A stretch of DNA of 20,000 nucleotides, from the IMG/VR virus record IMGVR_UViG_3300023202_000179. The stretch is one strand, 5' to 3'. Positions within the stretch are counted from its first letter, which is position 1. Every line of letters starts with the position of its first letter. Shown in pieces: positions 14,715-20,000 of this stretch. This DNA comes from an uncultured virus (IMG/VR IMGVR_UViG_3300023202_000179) (Duplodnaviria; Heunggongvirae; Uroviricota; Caudoviricetes). Below the pieces are notes generated by a model, which was not told the DNA's origin, ran no database searches, and worked only from the letters and a program-made list of their open reading frames with translations. A program made the position numbers and the translations under genes.

Positions 14715-14799
14715 CACATCGCTGCGCTCCGCGGCGCGCCGCATCGCTACGCTACACGTCGCTACTCATCGCCCGGCGCCTCAGCGGGAAATCTGAGGC
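14715..14799 (+). ncRNA. CGC-NN pentamer array 3 (12 units) plus 3' hairpin; candidate guide RNA
   Basis: cacAT cgcTG cgcTC cgcGG cgcGC cgcAT cgcTA cgcTA cacGT cgcTA ctcAT cgcCC (14715-14774), then a perfect 7-bp stem GCCTCAG-cgggaaat-CTGAGGC (14778-14799). The repeat is certain; expression as an RNA is inferred. Confidence 0.65.
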
Positions 14800-14808
14800 A
14801 TTTCCATC

Positions 14809-15978
14809 ATGAATCCAGAAGACTTCAAGAAACTCGCAGAGTTGCGGCTTCAACACGAAGAGGAGGAGCGGCGCAAGACCGTCGAAGCACCATCAGGTGT
14901 GGATGCCGATGGCATGAAAAGCGCTTGGGAGAAGGTCATAGAAGAGAGGGAGGAACGGCAAAGGGCTCTGGGGGCTTGGGAGCCGCACTATGACCCGGAC
15001 AATCTCCCCCCAGGGTTCCACGTCAAAGGGGTGTCGACTCTTCGAAGAGGCGACGGGTCTGTCGCTTTGCGCTGGGAGAAGACGTCCATCGACCGGAGCA
15101 TCCAAATCCAGTTGCTTCGGGACGCGTTCGCCTCGATTGCGGAGGAGATCCCTCAAGTCGAGCCCACTCCGGAGCCAGAGTCGACAGATGACGATCTCAT
15201 CGCTGTATACCCGATGGGCGACCCTCACCTGGGGATGCTCTCTTGGGCGCCTGAGACGGGGGATGATTTCGATCTCAAGATCGCAACGAGGAACCTGCTC
15301 GACGCTTCTGACTGGCTCGTCCGGCGAGCTCCGCCGGCATCCACAGCGATGCTGATCAACCTCGGGGACTTCTTCCACGCCGACAACAACATGGGACAGA
15401 CATCCCGCAGTGGGCACAACCTGGACACTGACACCCGGTGGCCCAAGATGTTGAAAGCTGGTGTGATGACGATGGTCCGTATCATCGACAGAGCGCTGGA
15501 GAAGCACGACAGGGTGGTGGTCCGAAACGAGATCGGGAACCATGACGACCACTCTTCGATTATGCTTGCTATCGCCCTGGGGCTTCGATACCAAGACGAG
15601 CCAAGAGTCCTGATCGACGAGAGTCCAAACAAGTTCTGGTACTACCGCTTCGGTCGCTGTTTGTTCGGGACAACGCACGGGAACGGGATCAAGTTGAACG
15701 ACCTTGGGGAGATCATGGCGTTTGATGAACGGGAGAACTGGGGTGCTACGCGGTTTCGGCACTGGTACGTGGGTCACGTCCACCACGAGTCTCTCAAAGA
15801 GAAGCGAGGCGTGACGATCGAGACCTTCCGCACCCTCGCTCCTCGGGACGCCTGGACCCATGCGGCAGGCTACCGATCCGGAAGAGACATGCGGTGCGAC
15901 GTGTGGCACAGAGATTACGGGCTGGAAACTCGGCACGTTGTCGGAGTTGAACGTCTCATGCGAGGGCTGAGGCTATGA
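14809..15978 (+). CDS. Calcineurin-like metallophosphoesterase
   Basis: All five motifs present: GDPHLG, GDFFH, GNHD, THG and GHVHH. Confidence 0.88.
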   Translation: MNPEDFKKLAELRLQHEEEERRKTVEAPSGVDADGMKSAWEKVIEEREERQRALGAWEPHYDPDNLPPGFHVKGVSTLRRGDGSVALRWEKTSIDRSIQIQLLRDAFASIAEEIPQVEPTPEPESTDDDLIAVYPMGDPHLGMLSWAPETGDDFDLKIATRNLLDASDWLVRRAPPASTAMLINLGDFFHADNNMGQTSRSGHNLDTDTRWPKMLKAGVMTMVRIIDRALEKHDRVVVRNEIGNHDDHSSIMLAIALGLRYQDEPRVLIDESPNKFWYYRFGRCLFGTTHGNGIKLNDLGEIMAFDERENWGATRFRHWYVGHVHHESLKEKRGVTIETFRTLAPRDAWTHAAGYRSGRDMRCDVWHRDYGLETRHVVGVERLMRGLRL

Positions 15979-16038
15979 TGCTGGACATGCAAGTGCAACA
16001 CCCTAAGAAGAGTGAAACCCGTCTGGAGGTCTGTATCC

Positions 16039-16446
16039 ATGTCCGATGAGTCGATCGTCCGGTGGGCGGCGTCAGCGTCCCACGACCCAAAACGACCGCT
16101 CAAGGTGGCGGTGCGGGACTACTCCTTGGACCTCGGCACAGAGAGGTTTCTCTCCGGGATGGCTGCGGTCGGTCCTCTGTGCGGGCTGGCTGTCTTCGTC
16201 TTTAGCTTCATGCCCGGAGGACTCACCTTTTCTGTTGCCCTCTGCTGCCTTCCTCTGGTAATCTGGAGGGTGCACAAGAACTACCTTGAACGTCAAACCC
16301 AGACCCGCCTCGGGGTTCTCGAAAAGGAAATCGAAAATGCTACCTCAAGCCCTCAACCACGCGTTAGCCGTCAGATCTCGAAAACAAAAGCGCTCCCCCC
16401 ACCGGCGCGCCGTGAAGAACCACAAAGTGTGGGGTGGGAGGGCTAA
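16039..16446 (+). CDS. Hypothetical membrane protein (2 TM)
   Basis: ATG at 16039 follows GGAGG; two hydrophobic segments. Confidence 0.65.
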   Translation: MSDESIVRWAASASHDPKRPLKVAVRDYSLDLGTERFLSGMAAVGPLCGLAVFVFSFMPGGLTFSVALCCLPLVIWRVHKNYLERQTQTRLGVLEKEIENATSSPQPRVSRQISKTKALPPPARREEPQSVGWEG

Positions 16447-16530
16447 GATGTCGTTCCGCGTCTACATGCGGCAGCAAGCCAACTCTGGAGACGGGGTCGC
16501 TTTGCAGTGGCTCAAGAACAAGGGGATCGC

Positions 16531-16842
16531 GTGAAACGTCTCTTCCTTCGTTTTCTGGCGTGGCTCGGGCTCGAACTCGTCCCCGAGAAAACACCGCTTG
16601 CCCGTGCTCTGGAGATCCGGAGCACAGTGGACAGCCGCCAGCCCGTTCCGATCCTCGACTACTACCGCGGGACGGAAGACCTGACTCCTGGCGGTGAGGC
16701 GCAACTCAGGACCGCCGCGGCACTTGCTGAGTTCACAGCGCGGGTCATGGAGGCCAAAGGCCTTGGCCCTTCTGAAGTCGGCGACATCGTCGCCCGAATG
16801 TGGTATGCCCACGAAGACGAAGAGCTGTGGAAAGGGTTGTGA
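16531..16842 (+). CDS. Hypothetical protein
   Basis: GTG at 16531 follows AAGGGG and overlaps the stop of a 28-aa ORF (16448-16534). Confidence 0.65.
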   Translation: MKRLFLRFLAWLGLELVPEKTPLARALEIRSTVDSRQPVPILDYYRGTEDLTPGGEAQLRTAAALAEFTARVMEAKGLGPSEVGDIVARMWYAHEDEELWKGL

Positions 16843-16870
16843 TGTTGCGCTAGATGCGCTAAAAGAGGCC

Positions 16871-16904
16871 ATGACGTCATCCGTTTTCGCGCTATACTGA
16901 AGGC
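16871..16904 (+). promoter_or_regulatory. Putative promoter for a leaderless transcript, with a palindrome at -35
   Basis: ATGACG-16 nt-TATACT (16893-16898), 6 nt before ATG 16905. ATGACGTCAT (16871-16880) is a perfect palindrome. Confidence 0.45.
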
Positions 16905-18017
16905 ATGGCTTCTTATCTCCCCTCAGATTCTTACCCCCGGGAGCAAGGCGTATTTTGGGGTCGTTGCGGATCTACTTGGAACCGAGAAATCGAGGTTACC
17001 GGTTGGATTCAATCCCTTCGGTTTGGCGATCAATTTGCGGTCGACCTTCAACCCTTGGCCACTGACGAGGAAGTTGCCGCTGTTGGGCGAGACTCCGCCG
17101 AAGAGCGGCAACTTTTCCAGTACTTGGACGGTCGTCGACAGTACTTCGCAGGTCTCGCTGCGACGGTTTCCTACCTGAAACCCGCTCAACGCGCATCGAT
17201 CCAAGAGCTGCTCGACCGGGCAGACGAACTCGTAGAGCTCATCGGCGATATTTACCGGAAATGGGAGCGATTCCCTTGTTTCATCGATCTTGGAGAGCAA
17301 TCTCCAGTGTGCGCGTGGCCGTTGTCCTGGGCGGATAATGTGGGAGCTTGGAGGAAGAGATGCGGCGAGCTCCCCTTCGAACCAGGAAAGTCCTACAGCG
17401 CTTTCGATGCGACCTCGGGCACGCAGAGAACCTTCACTTGCCCGATCTCCCCTGGCTCGCCCTTGGCACGGCTCGACGGCACAACCCGCGCACAAGACCG
17501 TGAACAGATCCGGGACATCACGAAAGGCGTTCTGCATCACCTTCGGTGCGCACATTACACCCTCAATCGTTTGAAGCTCTACAGCCAAGCCTGGCGTGAA
17601 TACCGCGACAGTCAGATGAAAGGCACCTGGGTCGGCTTGGAGCCTCCGGAGGAGGAACCTGAAACGCTCGGGTTTGGGGGATTGAAAGCCGATATCCCTC
17701 CGGGCGTGGACCCGAACGATTTCCTCCCCGATCCTCCAACGCCTGGAGAGATTTTCCCTGTCCCTGCCGACCTGGACTTCGACTTCGACCCTCCGGGCGA
17801 GAAAGACGAGGAGGACCCGTCCGAGCTCCCAGAACCAGACCCCGATTCCTTGCCGCCATGGGATCAAGGGCCGGACGCTGAAGGAGCCCCCGACACCGGT
17901 GCTCCCGGTGCTGCTAGCGCTTCCGACGATACACACTCCCGAACCCTGAAATACGGCGCCATCGGGCTGGGAGCCGTTGCAGTTGGCGCCATCATCTACA
18001 AAGGAATCAAGAAGTGA
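16905..18017 (+). CDS. Hypothetical protein with Pro/acidic linker and C-terminal membrane anchor
   Basis: 370 aa; Cys/Trp-containing N-terminal domain, P/D/E-rich stalk and terminal YGAIGLGAVAVGAIIYKGIKK. Confidence 0.78.
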   Translation: MASYLPSDSYPREQGVFWGRCGSTWNREIEVTGWIQSLRFGDQFAVDLQPLATDEEVAAVGRDSAEERQLFQYLDGRRQYFAGLAATVSYLKPAQRASIQELLDRADELVELIGDIYRKWERFPCFIDLGEQSPVCAWPLSWADNVGAWRKRCGELPFEPGKSYSAFDATSGTQRTFTCPISPGSPLARLDGTTRAQDREQIRDITKGVLHHLRCAHYTLNRLKLYSQAWREYRDSQMKGTWVGLEPPEEEPETLGFGGLKADIPPGVDPNDFLPDPPTPGEIFPVPADLDFDFDPPGEKDEEDPSELPEPDPDSLPPWDQGPDAEGAPDTGAPGAASASDDTHSRTLKYGAIGLGAVAVGAIIYKGIKK

Positions 18018-18343
18018 GCTTCAAAAAACTCTTCAACGATCTCGCCTCTGACTTCGACCAAGCCAAGGAAGAAGCCCTCAGAGAAGCCGTCGACACGTGT
18101 GACCTCAACCCCTTGAGCGGTCCTATCTCCCCTCTTGGACTCTTTTCGAGGACGGTCCAGAAGACCCGGCAAAACGGACGAGGATATGTGCCGGACTTGA
18201 TTCACGCAGGCATCCGCGCCACCCAGGAGATCTTGAAACCGGAACCCGAAGAAGTCGAGGTCGAGGTCGTCGAAGAAGACGAAGATGGGAACACGGAGAA
18301 GTTCGAAGCCAAGATCACTCAGATCTACGAAAGCGAAACCTGA
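18014..18343 (+). CDS. Hypothetical acidic protein
   Basis: 109 aa; AAGGA upstream; GTGA overlap. Confidence 0.7.
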   Translation: MSFKKLFNDLASDFDQAKEEALREAVDTCDLNPLSGPISPLGLFSRTVQKTRQNGRGYVPDLIHAGIRATQEILKPEPEEVEVEVVEEDEDGNTEKFEAKITQIYESET

Positions 18344-18357
18344 AAGACGATCTGAAA

Positions 18358-18395
18358 CAAAGGGCGCTTGCTTCGGGGGAGGCAAGCGCCCTTTG
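18358..18395. terminator. Strong hairpin between convergent gene blocks; probable bidirectional terminator
   Basis: CAAAGGGCGCTTGC-ttcgggggag-GCAAGCGCCCTTTG is a perfect 14-bp stem with T-rich tails on both strands. Confidence 0.85.
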
Positions 18396-18396
18396 C

Positions 18397-18508
18397 TTAC
18401 GTGTACGTAAGAAGAACGCACCCTCGGATGTTGCTCGGAGGGGTGGTGATGGCGTCGAGCTCAAAGTTTAGGTAGTCGTCCGGAGTCACATGCAACACGG
18501 GTGCCTTT
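18397..18508 (-). pseudogene. Orphan C-terminal fragment resembling the ends of the neighbouring beta-rich proteins
   Basis: APVLHVTPDDYLNFELDAITTPPSNIRGCVLLTYT* aligns in pattern with FAVVQGTKLAFTVEATQAPGLSQMVLTLRYA* and HTFVDGDLVALTHTADDGLSDFMDWTVVIND. Confidence 0.4.
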
Positions 18509-18940
18509 TCACGCGTACCGGAGCGTGAGCACCATCTGAGACAGCCCCGGGGCTTGTGTGGCCTCAACCGTGAAAGCCAGCTTCGTTCCCTGGACCACAG
18601 CAAAACCGGGGCAGACCGCTTCGCTGAACGTGTCCGCCCCGCCGGGGGTCGTGGTAGCCGTCGCCGCCGGTGTGGTGAGGCTGTTGGACGTGCTCGGCGG
18701 GTCTCGGGAGTAGACTCGGAACGTCACCGTCCCGGGGTCGCTCGCGGACTGGAAACCGAGCGACACAATCATTGTCCCCGCAGACGGGCACAGGTATCCC
18801 GTCCGGTTGTTCATCCGCAGGTTGGGGGACAGTAGGCGGCTGATCAGAGTCGGCTGATATTCCGTATTGGCGTTGAACGTTTGTGAGCCGCCCGGAATGA
18901 TCGATATTCGATGTCCGTTGGGGAGGTATACGCTCGGCAT
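18509..18940 (-). CDS. Beta-rich putative virion structural or receptor-binding protein
   Basis: 143 aa; Thr/Ser/Gly-rich; TGATG coupling with the upstream gene. Confidence 0.65.
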   Translation of the reverse strand: MPSVYLPNGHRISIIPGGSQTFNANTEYQPTLISRLLSPNLRMNNRTGYLCPSAGTMIVSLGFQSASDPGTVTFRVYSRDPPSTSNSLTTPAATATTTPGGADTFSEAVCPGFAVVQGTKLAFTVEATQAPGLSQMVLTLRYA

Positions 18941-19359
18941 CAGGGAATCACCTCGTCAGAGACTTGAACGTACGAGCTGCGAAACCGTCCGCCGTTTTGG
19001 AACTGCGGATCGTTGAAAAGCTCAAACTGATCTTGCTCCGTCAAACCCAGCCCCGTCGCTTGCAATCGAACTTCAACGCTACCGGCCGCATACGCGCCGA
19101 GAGTCAACGTCGTGCTATCCACGGCAGTGCCCGAACCGTTGATGTGCAACCGGAACTGGCAGTTCCCTAGGCTCGCCCCGGTCCCGTCCCACGCCGCGAA
19201 GCGCCATCGAATGTATAGATCGCCCGTGGCGAAAAACGTCGGATAGAACTGTTGAACGACTCGAAACGTGGGGTTCGTTTGCTCGGTGTTCTCGATCCAA
19301 GGGATATAAACCCCCGTCGTGCGCCCTTGATATGAGCAATAGATATACTCAACGGCCAT
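18940..19359 (-). CDS. Beta-rich putative virion structural protein
   Basis: 139 aa; FRLHINGSGT pattern parallels FRVYSRD and LRLYRD in the neighbours. Confidence 0.65.
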   Translation of the reverse strand: MAVEYIYCSYQGRTTGVYIPWIENTEQTNPTFRVVQQFYPTFFATGDLYIRWRFAAWDGTGASLGNCQFRLHINGSGTAVDSTTLTLGAYAAGSVEVRLQATGLGLTEQDQFELFNDPQFQNGGRFRSSYVQVSDEVIP

Positions 19360-19852
19360 CGTTGATTACCACAGTCCAGTCCATGAAGTCACTAAGACCA
19401 TCGTCCGCAGTGTGGGTCAACGCAACAAGATCGCCATCCACGAACGTATGAGTCGCGAACTCGAACACCATCGGTTCGCCGTTGTCGACCGTCACTTGCA
19501 GTTCTTCAAGGAGAGTCGAGGACGCGGTATCGTTCTGAACGTCGCGGTACAGCCGCAACGTATGGGTGACAGCCGCTGCCCCGGTTTCGACCATCATCCC
19601 GATGACCGTGAATGTGAGCTCGCCGCCGTCCAACATGACCATGACTTGCCCGTCCGTCCCGCCGAGCGTTGTAGCCAGCGTTGTCTGGAAGTTCGGCGAA
19701 AAGAACGACCCGACGACGGGGTTCTGGACCATCCCCGGCGAGTACTGGAAACCGTCGAGCTCCAGCCCTGCCGTCGACGGAGGTAGCCCGTCGATGCGGA
19801 CCAGGCAACAATTGCCGTCGATCACCGGTTCGCCGTCGAGTCTTCGCGTCAC
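19349..19852 (-). CDS. Beta-rich putative virion structural protein
   Basis: Probable start GTG at 19852 (MTRRLDGEPVIDG...) in a GTGA overlap with the upstream stop; in frame with the 19349-19969 ORF. Confidence 0.65.
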   Translation of the reverse strand: MTRRLDGEPVIDGNCCLVRIDGLPPSTAGLELDGFQYSPGMVQNPVVGSFFSPNFQTTLATTLGGTDGQVMVMLDGGELTFTVIGMMVETGAAAVTHTLRLYRDVQNDTASSTLLEELQVTVDNGEPMVFEFATHTFVDGDLVALTHTADDGLSDFMDWTVVINDGR

Positions 19853-20000
19853 AGGGTCGCCGTCCTCACGAGGCCAAACGCAGTCCAGGAGATCGTGGTC
19901 GCGGCCTCCCCCGTCACCGTCTGGACGACATCGCTGCCCGACACAGAAGGGGCGTTCGTGTTCGACCACCCCGTGCCGGCGCCGAACTGCACGCCCCCGG
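19849..20000 (-). CDS. C-terminus of a putative structural protein (starts outside the window)
   Basis: Hand translation ...GGVQFGAGTGWSNTNAPSVSGSDVVQTVTGEAATTISWTAFGLVRTATL*, with the stop at 19849-19851. Confidence 0.65.
   Translation of the reverse strand, partial: GGVQFGAGTGWSNTNAPSVSGSDVVQTVTGEAATTISWTAFGLVRTATL

Noticed and set aside
14893..17936. Long antisense ORFs 14893-15936 and 16923-17936
   Set aside because: They are shadows of well-supported plus-strand genes in GC-rich DNA.

Overview
A GC-rich (roughly 60% by eye), gene-dense segment of a bacteriophage or prophage-like genome. It has three transcription blocks. Positions 1-7214 run on the minus strand: sulfotransferase, peptidase M15, tRNA-Thr(UGU) and many small overlapping hypothetical genes. 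Positions 7461-18343 run on the plus strand: MazG-like NTP pyrophosphatase, oligoribonuclease, tyrosine recombinase, GroES-like protein, dATP/dGTP diphosphohydrolase, HAD nucleotidase, a RAMP/Cas7-like protein and a metallophosphoesterase. Positions 18397-20000 run on the minus strand and carry beta-rich, virion-like genes that converge on a strong hairpin. The most striking locus is 13950-14799. A solitary RAMP/Cas7-like gene is flanked by strictly phased 5-nt CGC-NN arrays (constant triplet, variable dinucleotide), two identical 39-bp direct repeats and a 3' hairpin, which suggests an RNA-guided system whose guide information lies in the NN positions. A second notable locus is a trio of paralogous genes built from 72-bp/24-aa mosaic repeats, arranged head-to-head around the divergent promoter region. 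All product calls come from motif recognition by eye; no database searches were run.
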